Virus record (IMG/VR): IMGVR_UViG_3300010362_000063
Span: 1 to 33,347 of that record
DNA length: 33,347 nt
Reading direction: 5' to 3' (one strand)
Source of the DNA: a virus
Lineage: Duplodnaviria; Caudoviricetes
Shown here: positions 1 to 8,963 of the stretch, one piece after another
Position numbering within the stretch: the first letter of the stretch is position 1
Layout of the letters: each line of letters opens with the position of its first letter
The notes under the pieces: model-generated
Seen by the model: only the letters and a program-made list of their open reading frames with translations
What the model was told of the DNA's origin: nothing
Database searches by the model: none
Made by a program: the position numbers and the translations under genes

Positions 1-1
1 C

Positions 2-415
2 CTGACCGAGGCCGACGGCGACGCCCGCTACTCGCAGCTCGGCCACACGCACGCGCACGTCTTCAACGCCGAATGGTCGCTGTCGACGAACACGACCGCA
101 GGCGACCCCGGCGCCGGCAAGGTGCGTGAGAGCACGCTCGACCTGCAGGCTGCCGGCGACCTCTACCTGAGCACGCTCGACGCCGCCGACACGGACTGGA
201 GCCTCTACCTGCAGGCGCTCGCCGCCGGCGACACGGTCGTGCTCCAGGACCGCGACGACTCGACCCGCAAGGCCGCCTACCAGCTGGCCGCGGCGGCGGT
301 CGACGAGGGCGGCTGGTACCGGCTCCCGGTGACGCCGACGCCGACGCCGAGCACGCTCGCGCCGACCAACAATCAGGCGCTGCTGGTCTCGTTCGCCTCG
401 CCGGGGCATCCGTGA
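2..415 (+). CDS. Virion structural/fibre-like protein, 5' truncated
   Basis: Frame is open from position 2 (LTEADGDARYSQLGHTHAH...). The DARY..LGHTH motif is typical of phage fibre/decoration proteins; location is the neck region. Confidence 0.55.
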   Translation: MTEADGDARYSQLGHTHAHVFNAEWSLSTNTTAGDPGAGKVRESTLDLQAAGDLYLSTLDAADTDWSLYLQALAAGDTVVLQDRDDSTRKAAYQLAAAAVDEGGWYRLPVTPTPTPSTLAPTNNQALLVSFASPGHP

Positions 416-546
416 TCGTGGCGCTTCCCGACGTCGTGTTCGCCTCGCCGCTGTCGTTTCTGGTCGGCGTCCTGGTCGGCTTCTGGCTGACGAGCTTCTG
501 GACGATCACCCGTCGCAACGGCGGCGACCGGGGCGGCCGGCCGTGA
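412..546 (+). CDS. Small membrane protein (44 aa)
   Basis: GTGA overlaps at both ends; MIVALPDVVFASPLSFLVGVLVGFWLTSFWTITRRNGGDRGGRP has one TM helix. Confidence 0.6.
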   Translation: MIVALPDVVFASPLSFLVGVLVGFWLTSFWTITRRNGGDRGGRP

Positions 547-878
547 CCGTCACCGCGTTGCTCAGGACGCCGTGCACGCTCCTCGCGCGCACGCAGGACG
601 GCCCCCCGGACGGCTACGGCGACCCGACCTGGACGGAGGCCGAACAGGCGACCGTCTGTGAGCTGCAACAGGCCGGCTCGCTCGAAGCCAACGGCGACGC
701 GCTGCAGGTCGCCCGCTTCCGCCTCTTCCTGCCCCCGGACGCGCCCGCCCGAGGGTGGGACGCGATCCGGCTCGACGACGGCACCGTGCTCGAACTGACC
801 GGCGACGCGTGGCCGGTCCGCAACCTGCTCACAGACACCGTCTCGCACGTCGAGGCCGAAGTGCTGAGGGTCGAATAG
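543..878 (+). CDS. Head closure / head-tail connector (SPP1 gp16-like)
   Basis: DGYGDPTW and LELTGDAWP...HVEAEV pattern; synteny. Confidence 0.75.
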   Translation: MTVTALLRTPCTLLARTQDGPPDGYGDPTWTEAEQATVCELQQAGSLEANGDALQVARFRLFLPPDAPARGWDAIRLDDGTVLELTGDAWPVRNLLTDTVSHVEAEVLRVE

Positions 879-1198
879 TGGCGGCGAGGACGAAGACCCG
901 GTACCGGCAGGCGCCCGACGCCGAACAGCAGATCGCCCGGATCAGCGCCCCGCAGGTGCTCGACACCGCGCAGGCGATCGCCAACGCGATCCCCGAGGCC
1001 GTCCCCGTCCAGTCCGGGACGAGCCGGCGCCTGTTCCGGCAAGGCCTCCGCGCCGACCGGGCCGAGAACGGGAAGGCCCGCGTCAGCGGGCTGCCGCCGC
1101 ACTGGCACTGGTTCGAGCACGGCACGCGCTGGAACCCGCCCTACACCCCGATCCGGAGCACGGTCGAACGGTTCGGCATGAGGTACGTCCCGTCGTGA
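878..1198 (+). CDS. Neck protein (HK97 gp10-like)
   Basis: GTG at 878 overlaps the upstream TAG; VPVQSG and WHWFEHGT...PYTPIR motifs. Confidence 0.7.
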   Translation: MAARTKTRYRQAPDAEQQIARISAPQVLDTAQAIANAIPEAVPVQSGTSRRLFRQGLRADRAENGKARVSGLPPHWHWFEHGTRWNPPYTPIRSTVERFGMRYVPS

Positions 1199-1656
1199 GC
1201 GCCTACCCGGAGCTGGCGCTGCTCCCCGACGCCGAACGGCTCGTCTCCGCCTACCTGCGCTCCCGGCCACGGATGGTCGCCCTGGTCGGCGACCGGATCT
1301 ACACCGCGTTCCCGGCGAAGGCCGGCGCCGGGGCGCTGCTGCTCGTGCAGCGGATCGGCGGCGAGCCCCCCTTGTCGCAGCCGCTGGTCGCCGACGAGGC
1401 CGAGCTCCAACTCGACGCCTACGGCGGCCCGAAAGCCACCGCGCACGAGCTCGCGGCGACCGCGCGCGCCGAGCTGGCCGCGCTCGAGGGGCAGGTCCGC
1501 CCCGAAGGCGTGGTCTCGGCCGTGCGGTTCGGCGCGCTGCGCTGGCTCCCCGACGACACCTACGACCAGCCCCGACCCCGGTACCTGCTCGACGTCACGC
1601 TCACCCTGACCGTGGCGAAAACCGGGCCGGCGACAGCCCTCGCCGGCCAGACCTGA
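1195..1656 (+). CDS. Tail terminator/completion protein
   Basis: LVGDRIY...LQLDAYG...PRPRY pattern; directly precedes the major tail gene. Confidence 0.75.
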   Translation: MSAYPELALLPDAERLVSAYLRSRPRMVALVGDRIYTAFPAKAGAGALLLVQRIGGEPPLSQPLVADEAELQLDAYGGPKATAHELAATARAELAALEGQVRPEGVVSAVRFGALRWLPDDTYDQPRPRYLLDVTLTLTVAKTGPATALAGQT

Positions 1657-1668
1657 GAGGAGGCCTCG

Positions 1669-2373
1669 ATGGCCCTCGAGCCAACCCACGTCACGGTCGC
1701 CGGCACCGGCGCCGTCTACGTCGCCCCCGAGGGGACCGCGCTGCCGGTCGACCTCGCCGAGCCGCCGGCGCCGTTCGTCGACGTCGGCTTCGTCGGCGAG
1801 GACGGCTGCTCGTTCACGTTCAGCCGCGACCAGGAGGAGATCAACGCCTGGCAGTCGGCCGAACCGGTCCGCGTCCTGATCACCAGCGAGCCGAAGACGA
1901 TCGAATTCGAGCTGCTGGAGTTCGACCGGGACAGCCTGCTGCTCGCGTTCCGCGGCGGCAGCTTCGCCGGCGCCGCCGCCCCCTACACCTACACCCCGCC
2001 TGACCCCGGCGTGAGCGACGTCCGCGCGATGGTGATCGACGGCAAAGACGGCGCGCAGACGTTCCGGTTCTGCTTCCCCCGCGTGCAGCTGCAGGGCGAC
2101 CTCGAGTTCGCGCTGCTCAGGACGGACGCCGTCCGGCTGGCGATGGAGTTCGGGGTGCTCGCCTCGACGACCAAGTGGTCGATCGTCTCCGACCTGCCCG
2201 GGTTCGGCGCCGGAGCGCTGCTGCTCGCCGGCGAGACGGCGCTGCCGCGCACCCATGCCGACCTCGACGCCGCAGCTGCGGCGGCCGGCTACTCGTGGTC
2301 ACGGGCCGACCTGACGATCGCCGAGAAGCAGGCCGAGTTGGAGGCCGCGACCGCCGCGCCCGTCGCCGGCTAA
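1669..2373 (+). CDS. Major tail (tube) protein with C-terminal extension
   Basis: GAVYVAPEGTALP...VGFVGEDG...EINAWQS motif of actinophage tail tube proteins; strong SD GAGGAGG. Confidence 0.9.
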   Translation: MALEPTHVTVAGTGAVYVAPEGTALPVDLAEPPAPFVDVGFVGEDGCSFTFSRDQEEINAWQSAEPVRVLITSEPKTIEFELLEFDRDSLLLAFRGGSFAGAAAPYTYTPPDPGVSDVRAMVIDGKDGAQTFRFCFPRVQLQGDLEFALLRTDAVRLAMEFGVLASTTKWSIVSDLPGFGAGALLLAGETALPRTHADLDAAAAAAGYSWSRADLTIAEKQAELEAATAAPVAG

Positions 2374-2388
2374 CGGGAGGGGAGACAT

Positions 2389-2793
2389 ATGCCCCGCCTA
2401 GAGGTGGCGGTCGTCGACCGCGACGGCCAGGCGATCATCGTCAACGCATCCCGGCCGGCGACCCTGGTCGCGTTCGAGGACGCGCACCCCGGAAAGCAGA
2501 TGCCCTCGTCGATCCGGGAGGTCGCCTGGGTCGTCCATCACGCGCTCGGGATCGAGCAGCCGCTCGACGAGTGGCTCGCCACGCTCGAGGACATCTCCGC
2601 CGTCCCTGAGGACGTCGAGCTCGCCCGCCGCGTCCTGGGCGGCGACGAACGGGCGCGCCGGCAGGCGCTCGGCGAGATCCCGCGCGACGAACCCGACGAG
2701 CCGGAGCAGGGCGAGGAGGTGAACGGGCGCCCCCCCGACCCGGCGCTCGAGCAGGCGGAGGCGGGCATTGGAGGGGGCTCGTCGCGCGCGTGA
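2389..2793 (+). CDS. Tail assembly chaperone G
   Basis: Lies between the major tail and tape measure genes; SD GGAGG; contains C CCC CCC at 2730-2736. Confidence 0.75.
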   Translation: MPRLEVAVVDRDGQAIIVNASRPATLVAFEDAHPGKQMPSSIREVAWVVHHALGIEQPLDEWLATLEDISAVPEDVELARRVLGGDERARRQALGEIPRDEPDEPEQGEEVNGRPPDPALEQAEAGIGGGSSRA

Positions 2794-3116
2794 GCGTCCA
2801 GACCGGGATCCCTCCACAGCAGCTGCTCGACCTCGACGGGCCCATGTTCGACGCGGTCGCCGCCGCCGCCGCCGAGCGCTGGCCCCCGGAGGTGGAGCTC
2901 GCCGCCGCCAGCCTCGAGGTCGCGCACGCGCAGCTGCTCGCGTTCCTGCGCGTCTACTCGAAACCGGGCACGAGGCTGCCGGAGCCGCTGAAGGTCGAAC
3001 GGCCCGGCCAGCCGCCGCCGCCGCTCGCGCGTGAAACCGGCGGCGAGCGCGTCTCGCTCGCCGAGCTCGCCGCGCTGCCCGGGCTGACCGCCGACCTGCG
3101 AGGGGCGGCCGACTAG
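2730..3116 (+). CDS. Tail assembly chaperone T segment (-1 frame; the track starts it at 2790)
   Basis: The -1 frame is open from 2730: PPRPGARAGGGGHWRGLVARVSVQTGIPPQQLLDLD..., matching the typical 'LxAxxxxxTGIPPxxLL' T-segment motif. Confidence 0.7.
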   Translation, partial: PPRPGARAGGGGHWRGLVARVSVQTGIPPQQLLDLDGPMFDAVAAAAAERWPPEVELAAASLEVAHAQLLAFLRVYSKPGTRLPEPLKVERPGQPPPPLARETGGERVSLAELAALPGLTADLRGAAD

Positions 3117-5129
3117 ATGGCCGGCAAGGTCGGCACCGCCTACGTCGACACGGAGCTCGACCCGTCCGGGATCCGGAAGGGGCTGCAGCAGGTCGAAGGC
3201 GAGACCAAGACGCGGATGGGCACCGTCCGCAAGGACCTGAAGGCCGGCTTCGAGAAGGCGTTCGTGCCGGCGACGGTCGCGCTCGGCGCGGTCGCGGTCG
3301 GCGCCAAGAAGGCGATCGACGCCGCCAGCGACCTCGCCGAGTCGCAGAACGCCGTCCGCGTCACCTTCGGGCGCTCGGCGAAGGCCGTCCTCGATTTCAG
3401 CGAGAAGGCGGCCACGAAAGCGGGCCTCTCGATGCGCGAATTCAACGAGCTGGTGACGCCGGTCGGCGCGTCGCTGCGAAACGCCGGCCTCGGCGCCGAC
3501 GAGGCCGCCAAATCGTCGATCGCGCTCACGAAGCGCGCCGCCGACATGGCGTCCGTGTTCAACACGTCGGTGCCCGAGGCGCTGCAGGCGATCCAGGCCG
3601 GCCTCAGAGGCGAGGCCGACCCGCTCGAGCGGTTCGGTGTCGGCCTCTCCGACGCCGCCGTCAAGGCGAAAGCGGCGGCGATGGGACTCAAGACGCAGCA
3701 CGGCGAGCTCGACGCGCACGCGAAAGCGCAGGCACGGATGGCGCTGCTGATGGAGCAGACCAACCGGCTGCAGGGCGACTTCGAGAACACGAGCGACGGC
3801 GCCGCCAACCAGCAGCGGATCCTGCACGCGCAGATGGAGAACGTGAGCGCCGAGCTCGGGAAGGCGCTGCTGCCGGCGTTCACGCAGCTGGTGAAGATGC
3901 TCGGGAAGCTGGTCGGCCTGATCGCCCGCCACCAGACCGCGTTCAAGATCCTCGTCTCCGTGTTCACCGCGTTCGCGGCCGCGATCGTCGCCGTCAACCT
4001 CGCCATGAAGGCCTACGCCGCCGGCACCGTGATCGTGAAAGCGGCGGTCGCCGCCTGGACGGCCGTGCAGTGGCTATTGAACGCGGCGCTGTCGGCGAAC
4101 CCGATCGGCCTGGTCGTGATCGCGCTCACGGCGCTGGTCGCCGGCCTCGTGCTCGCCTACCAGAAATCAGAGACGTTCCGGGACATCGTCGACGCCGCGT
4201 TCGAGGCCGTGCTCGACGTCGCCAACGAGGTCGCCGACTTCTTCACCGACGACATCCCGGCCGCGTTCCAGGCCGTCCTCGACTGGGTCAAGAAATACTG
4301 GCCCGCGATCGCGATCCTGATCGCCGGCCCGTTCGCGCCGCTGGTCATTCTCGCCGGCGACGGATTCGGGATCCGCACGGCGCTCCAGAACGCGATCACC
4401 GGCCTGATCTCCTGGATCAAAGGCAAAGCGAGCGCGCTCTACAACGCCGGCGCCGACCTCGGCCGCCGGCTCAAGCAGGGCGTCGTCGACGCGGTCACCG
4501 GGATCGGCAACGCCGTCTGGGCTGTGGTCGACAACATCCGCGCCCGGATCGGGCAGGGCGCGCAGACGATCATCGGCTGGGGCAAGAGCGTCGGCGGCTG
4601 GGTCAAGCAGGGCGTGGTCGACGGCCTCGTCGGGATCGGCCTCGGCGCCTGGGGGCTCGTCGACAACGTGTGGCAGATGCTGAACGACAACTCGAAGACG
4701 ATCATCGGCTGGGGCAAGAGCGTCGGCGGCTGGCTGAAGGCCGGCATCCTCGCCGCGCTCAAGGGACTCAAAGACGCGATCAAGTCGCTGCTCAGGAAGG
4801 CGCTGCCGGGGCCGCTGGAGAAGATCGCAGGCCTCCGCTCCGCCGCCCCGGTACCCGGGCCGGCACCGGCACCCCAGAGCGGCCTCCGCGCAGCCGCAGG
4901 ACCGCAGGCCGCCGGCACGGCCGGCGGCGGGCTCGCCGGGCCCGCGCCGGTCGGCTACCAGCTGCGACGCGCGCTCTCCGGTCTCACACCGGCCGCGGCC
5001 GCGGCCGGGCAGCAGCCGCTCGAGGTGCGCGTCTTCATCGGCGACACGGAGCTGCGCGGCATCGTCCGCACAGAAGTCAGGACCGCCGACAACCGGACCG
5101 CGCAGACCCTGCTCGCAGGAGCCCACTAG
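3117..5129 (+). CDS. Tape measure protein (670 aa)
   Basis: Ala/Gly-rich, with AIQAGLRGEADPLERFGV, QWLLNAALSANPIGLVVIAL..LVAGLVLAYQKSETFR and Trp-periodic repeats. Confidence 0.95.
   Translation: MAGKVGTAYVDTELDPSGIRKGLQQVEGETKTRMGTVRKDLKAGFEKAFVPATVALGAVAVGAKKAIDAASDLAESQNAVRVTFGRSAKAVLDFSEKAATKAGLSMREFNELVTPVGASLRNAGLGADEAAKSSIALTKRAADMASVFNTSVPEALQAIQAGLRGEADPLERFGVGLSDAAVKAKAAAMGLKTQHGELDAHAKAQARMALLMEQTNRLQGDFENTSDGAANQQRILHAQMENVSAELGKALLPAFTQLVKMLGKLVGLIARHQTAFKILVSVFTAFAAAIVAVNLAMKAYAAGTVIVKAAVAAWTAVQWLLNAALSANPIGLVVIALTALVAGLVLAYQKSETFRDIVDAAFEAVLDVANEVADFFTDDIPAAFQAVLDWVKKYWPAIAILIAGPFAPLVILAGDGFGIRTALQNAITGLISWIKGKASALYNAGADLGRRLKQGVVDAVTGIGNAVWAVVDNIRARIGQGAQTIIGWGKSVGGWVKQGVVDGLVGIGLGAWGLVDNVWQMLNDNSKTIIGWGKSVGGWLKAGILAALKGLKDAIKSLLRKALPGPLEKIAGLRSAAPVPGPAPAPQSGLRAAAGPQAAGTAGGGLAGPAPVGYQLRRALSGLTPAAAAAGQQPLEVRVFIGDTELRGIVRTEVRTADNRTAQTLLAGAH
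4564..4733 (+). repeat. Perfect 38-bp direct repeat inside the tape measure gene (4564-4601 / 4696-4733; 132-bp period)
   Basis: AGACGATCATCGGCTGGGGCAAGAGCGTCGGCGGCTGG occurs twice (TIIGWGKSVGGW). Confidence 0.9.
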
Positions 5130-5968
5130 TGGCGGTCACGCTCCTGGCCGAGCTCGACGCGCCGAGGCTCGCCGCCAGGCTCGAGGTCGACGGCATCCCC
5201 GCCGGCGCCGACACGGTCACAATCGACCGCACCTCCCCCAGCGGGCATGTCGCCGGCGTCCGCGGCGCGATCGACGCGCCCGTCACCGGCGCCACGTTCA
5301 TCGTCCGCGACTACGAGCTCCCCTTCGACCTCCAGCTGACCTACAAGGCGACCGTCTACGACGGGACGACCGTCGTCGGCACCGCGACCGCCACCTTCAC
5401 GATCGACTACCCGGACCTCGGCGACCCGTGGCTGGTCGACCTCGCCCGGCCGACGAACAGCCTGCCGGTCACCGTCGAGTCGCTGGCCGAGCTCGCCTAC
5501 GAATCGGCGGTCGGCGTCCACCGCGTCCTCAACCGCCGCGGCCCGGTGCTGACAGCGCTGCCGGCCTGGACACCGGCGAGCGAGCTGGTCGCCGTCACCG
5601 CGACCGACGACGAGCGCGACCGCGTCCGCACGATCCTCGGCTCCGGCTACCCGTTCCTACTGCGCACCCCGCCGGCGCAGGGCGTCGGCAACCTCTACCT
5701 CGGCGTCACCGGCTTCACGGAGGAGCGCCCCTCGAGGATCGCCATGCACCCCGACCGGCGCTTCCGGGTCGCGGTCGTCCAGGTCGAACGGCCGAGCCCG
5801 TCGATCTACGTGCCCCGGCCGCCGATGACGTACGCCGTCGTCAAGGCCACCTACGCCACCTACGCGGCGCTGAAGGCGGCGGTCGGCAGCTACGAGGAGC
5901 TCGCCTACACCTTCCCCGAAGGCGGCGAGGGCTCCGGCAGCGTCCCCTGGCCCCCGGACGACGTCTGA
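5129..5968 (+). CDS. Minor tail protein (Dit-like, 279 aa)
   Basis: GTG at 5129 overlaps the tape measure TAG; DYELPF, PWLVD and LLRTP motifs; first gene after the tape measure. Confidence 0.75.
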   Translation: MAVTLLAELDAPRLAARLEVDGIPAGADTVTIDRTSPSGHVAGVRGAIDAPVTGATFIVRDYELPFDLQLTYKATVYDGTTVVGTATATFTIDYPDLGDPWLVDLARPTNSLPVTVESLAELAYESAVGVHRVLNRRGPVLTALPAWTPASELVAVTATDDERDRVRTILGSGYPFLLRTPPAQGVGNLYLGVTGFTEERPSRIAMHPDRRFRVAVVQVERPSPSIYVPRPPMTYAVVKATYATYAALKAAVGSYEELAYTFPEGGEGSGSVPWPPDDV

Positions 5969-7149
5969 TGCTGCCGACGAGCGCCCGCTTCCTGGCAGCG
6001 CTCCGGCAGTCGCACACGATCGCCGACCGCGTCCGCCTCTACCGGCCGGGCGCACCCACGGCCCCGATCGAGGTCAAGGTCGCCGGCGGCTCCGTGCGCG
6101 CCGACGCCGACGCGCGCGTCATGCGGCAAGGGGCGCTCGAGATCGCGTTCGACCTCGCCGACCCGGTCACGACCGACCTGATCCGCGAGCTGCCGTTCGG
6201 CGGCTACGCAACCGTCGAGCGCGGCATCCGCTACGCAAACGGCGACCTCGAGCTCCTCCAGCTCGGCCGGTTCCGCGTCGAGAACGTCACCTGGCCCGAA
6301 CTGCAGGGCACGGCGACGGTCACGCTCGCCGACCGGATGGCGCAGGTCGCCGACGAGTCGTTCACGACCCCGTACACCCCGGGCGGCCAGAAACCCACGA
6401 ACGCGATCGTCGCGCTCGTGCAGGCCGTGTTCGGCGCCACGATCGACTACCACGTCACGACCAACCCGGCCGGCGAGCCGACCCTGGTCGACGTCGTCTA
6501 CGACGAGGACCGCGCGCAGGCGATCTCCGACCTCGCCGCCGGCGTCGACGCGCAGGCCTACTTCGACAACCTCGGCGACTTCGTGCTGCGCCCGAAACCG
6601 GCCGAGGGCGCCCCGGTGTGGACACTCGACGGCGGCGAAGCGGGCGTCCTGATCTCCAGCGACGAGTCGCTCGACCGCTCCAGCGTCAGAAACGGCGTCG
6701 CCGTCCGTGCCGTCCCCGACCCGACCCTGCCCGCGATCTACTCGCTGGTGACCGACGACGACCCCGCCAGCCCGACCCGCTGGGGCGGCCCGTTCGGGAA
6801 GGTCCCGCTGATCGTCAACTCGACGAGCATTCAGACGCAGGCGCAGGCCGACCAGACCGCCCGGTCGCTGCTCAACCTGCGGCTCGGCCTCTCCCGGACG
6901 CTTGAGCTGCGGTCGGTGCCGAACCCGGCGCTCGAGCCGGGCGACCTGCTCCAGATCGACCATCCCGACGGGCGCGCCGAGACCGCGATCATCAACGCGG
7001 TCGAGATCGGCCTCGAACCCGGCGGCGACGTCCACCTCTCGACCCGCACGAACTGGCGGCCGCAGCCGATCGGCATGCCGACCGTCGTGCGCGCGTTCAC
7101 CGGCGACGCGGCGATGGTCGAGCTCGCCGAAGCCGAGGCCGGCGCGTGA
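5968..7149 (+). CDS. Minor tail/baseplate hub protein (DUF5047-like, 393 aa)
   Basis: ATG at 5968 (TGATG); SARFLAALRQSH, ERGIRYANG, DDDPASPTRWGGPFGKVP and VPNPALEPGD motifs. Confidence 0.8.
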   Translation: MLPTSARFLAALRQSHTIADRVRLYRPGAPTAPIEVKVAGGSVRADADARVMRQGALEIAFDLADPVTTDLIRELPFGGYATVERGIRYANGDLELLQLGRFRVENVTWPELQGTATVTLADRMAQVADESFTTPYTPGGQKPTNAIVALVQAVFGATIDYHVTTNPAGEPTLVDVVYDEDRAQAISDLAAGVDAQAYFDNLGDFVLRPKPAEGAPVWTLDGGEAGVLISSDESLDRSSVRNGVAVRAVPDPTLPAIYSLVTDDDPASPTRWGGPFGKVPLIVNSTSIQTQAQADQTARSLLNLRLGLSRTLELRSVPNPALEPGDLLQIDHPDGRAETAIINAVEIGLEPGGDVHLSTRTNWRPQPIGMPTVVRAFTGDAAMVELAEAEAGA

Positions 7150-7739
7150 GCGTTCCGTTCACCCGGACGCTCCCCTACGTGCTGCGCGAGCAGCTGCAGG
7201 GCCAGCAGGGGACCGGGATCCTGATCGGCAACGTCGTCTCCGTCCCCGACCGCGCCCATGTCCGCGTCGACATTCTCGGCACGCAGGTCACGATCCCCAA
7301 GCTCGCCTCCTACACAGACCCGAAGGTCGGCGAGGCCGCCCTGGTGCTCGCCGACCCGCTGGTGACGGCGGCGCTCGGCGCCGTCTCGCCGACCGTCCCG
7401 CCGACCGGCAACGCCGACACCCTGGACGGGATCGACTCGACCGGGTTCGTGCAGGTCGGCGCCGTCCCCGGCTACCTGCAACGCCAGCAGCCGGGCGCGA
7501 CCGAGCGCGTCTGGTGGCAGAAGACCGCGGCCGCCACCTCGGACGCCGGCGGCACGACCGTCCACGCGCATCCGCTCGGCCGCGTCCCGCAGATCTGTCT
7601 CGCCGTCGCCGACAACCTCGCCTCGCCGGCCGGGGCCGCGGTCACGCGCGTCGACGCCGGCACGGCCACACAGTTTTTCCTGGTCTGGAATCAAGTCAAC
7701 AAGGCGGGCCTCGTCGCCCACGTCCTACTAATCGGATAG
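7146..7739 (+). CDS. Minor tail protein
   Basis: LASYTDPKVGE spike-like motif and NADTLDGIDSTGF fibre motif. Confidence 0.7.
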   Translation: MSVPFTRTLPYVLREQLQGQQGTGILIGNVVSVPDRAHVRVDILGTQVTIPKLASYTDPKVGEAALVLADPLVTAALGAVSPTVPPTGNADTLDGIDSTGFVQVGAVPGYLQRQQPGATERVWWQKTAAATSDAGGTTVHAHPLGRVPQICLAVADNLASPAGAAVTRVDAGTATQFFLVWNQVNKAGLVAHVLLIG

Positions 7740-7750
7740 GAGGAAACCCG

Positions 7751-8440
7751 ATGGGCCAGACCGCGACCTACCAGCTGCCATTCCCGGAGCCGACCGACCC
7801 GGCCGACGTCCCGACCGACCTCAAAGAGCTCGCCGAACGGATCGAGGCGGTCGTCGGGCCCGGCACCGCCAGCGGCCAGGTGCCCGTCTGGGACAACACG
7901 GCGAAGAAGTGGGTCGCCGGGTCAGCCCCCGGCTCGGCGAAGATCGGCGAGGTCGTCGTCGCCGCGCCGCAGCAGCTGATCGACTTCCAGAACATCCCGC
8001 AGACCTACTCCGCGCTCGAGGTCGTGCTCTACCTGCGAGCCGACACCGCCGCGACCTCGGTCACAAGCGGCCTGCGCTTCAACGGCGACGCCGGCAACAA
8101 CTACGACTGGGAGCGGCTCGCCGCAGCGGCGGCGAGCGTGACGGCGACCGAGAACCTGGGCGCGTCGGCGATCGACTGCGGCAACATGCCCGGCGCCTCC
8201 GCGCCGGCGAACGTGTTCTCGGCGCATTCGATCCGGATCCCCAACTACGCCGGCGCGCTGCAAAAAATCAGCGAGATCGAGGGTGCGCTCAAGTTCGGCA
8301 CGACGACCGGCACCGTCGTCCGCTACTCGGCGACCGGGGCGTGGCGCTCGAACGCGGCGATCAACCGGATCACCTTCAACGTCGGCGGCAACGCCAACTT
8401 CGTCGCCGGAGCGAAGGCCGTCCTCTACGGGCTGGTGTGA
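7751..8440 (+). CDS. Tail fibre / receptor-binding-like protein (229 aa)
   Basis: SD AGGAGG then ATG 7751; TYQLPFPEPTDPADVP..LAERIE N-terminus; IDFQNIPQTY..LRFNGD..NY..W...AAINRITF beta-sandwich. Confidence 0.75.
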   Translation: MGQTATYQLPFPEPTDPADVPTDLKELAERIEAVVGPGTASGQVPVWDNTAKKWVAGSAPGSAKIGEVVVAAPQQLIDFQNIPQTYSALEVVLYLRADTAATSVTSGLRFNGDAGNNYDWERLAAAAASVTATENLGASAIDCGNMPGASAPANVFSAHSIRIPNYAGALQKISEIEGALKFGTTTGTVVRYSATGAWRSNAAINRITFNVGGNANFVAGAKAVLYGLV

Positions 8441-8565
8441 GGGGAGCGCCGCCGGCGGCGCAGACGATCGAGCAGGCGAGACCGGCGAGCCCGCCGGCGA
8501 GCGTGGTCGAGCTGGCGTGCGGCGTCCTCGCGCGCCTGCGTCCACGGCTCCCGCGGCACCGTCAC
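8425..8565 (-). CDS. Possible Arg-rich micro-ORF (46 aa)
   Basis: GTGA-coupled to the HTH gene stop; MTVPREPWTQAREDAARQLDHARRRARRSRLLDRLRRRRRSPHTSP. Confidence 0.4.
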   Translation of the reverse strand: MTVPREPWTQAREDAARQLDHARRRARRSRLLDRLRRRRRSPHTSP

Positions 8566-8765
8566 TCGTCGGCCTCCGCGCGCGCCTCGACGAGCAGATC
8601 GTGCACGCGGCTATACGAGAGCCCGGCGTAGGGGGCGATGTCGCGCAGCGACTCCCCCGACTCGTGCGCGGCCAACACCGCACGGGCGAGCTCCGCCCGC
8701 GCCTTCTCGATCCGCGCCGCAGCGCGGGCGACTCGACGGAGGTCTGCCTGTGCCAAGCCGGTCAC
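8562..8765 (-). CDS. Small helix-turn-helix protein (candidate regulator)
   Basis: AHESGESLRDIAPYAGLSYSRVHDLL HTH; likely start GTG 8765 downstream of the predicted promoter. Confidence 0.7.
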   Translation of the reverse strand: MTGLAQADLRRVARAAARIEKARAELARAVLAAHESGESLRDIAPYAGLSYSRVHDLLVEARAEADE

Positions 8766-8782
8766 CTTCTCACGGGCCAACA

Positions 8783-8816
8783 CCCGAACCGTACCGCCGT
8801 TCGGGAAACCGAACAA
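8783..8816 (-). promoter_or_regulatory. Leftward sigmaA-like promoter with overlapping palindromic operator
   Basis: -35 TTGTTC (8816-8811), 17 bp, -10 TACGGT (8793-8788); palindrome GTTCGG-GAAA-CCGAAC at 8799-8814; extra half-site CCCGAAC at 8783. Confidence 0.55.
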
Positions 8817-8882
8817 ACCTCAACAGGCCGCCAGGGACGCTCTGTGGAAGGTGTGGAAAAGCGCCGAGCGCCTTTCGAGCCG

Positions 8883-8891
8883 TGCTAGCGT
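8883..8891 (+). promoter_or_regulatory. Rightward extended -10 promoter
   Basis: TGc-TAGCGT fits TGn-TANNNT, ~70 nt upstream of the PAS gene. Confidence 0.4.
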
Positions 8892-8963
8892 CGCCCCTTC
8901 TGCTCGGCGGCCGAGCCCCGGAACAGGACGACAAACCGCTCTGCGGCAAGGGGGAAAGGGCTG

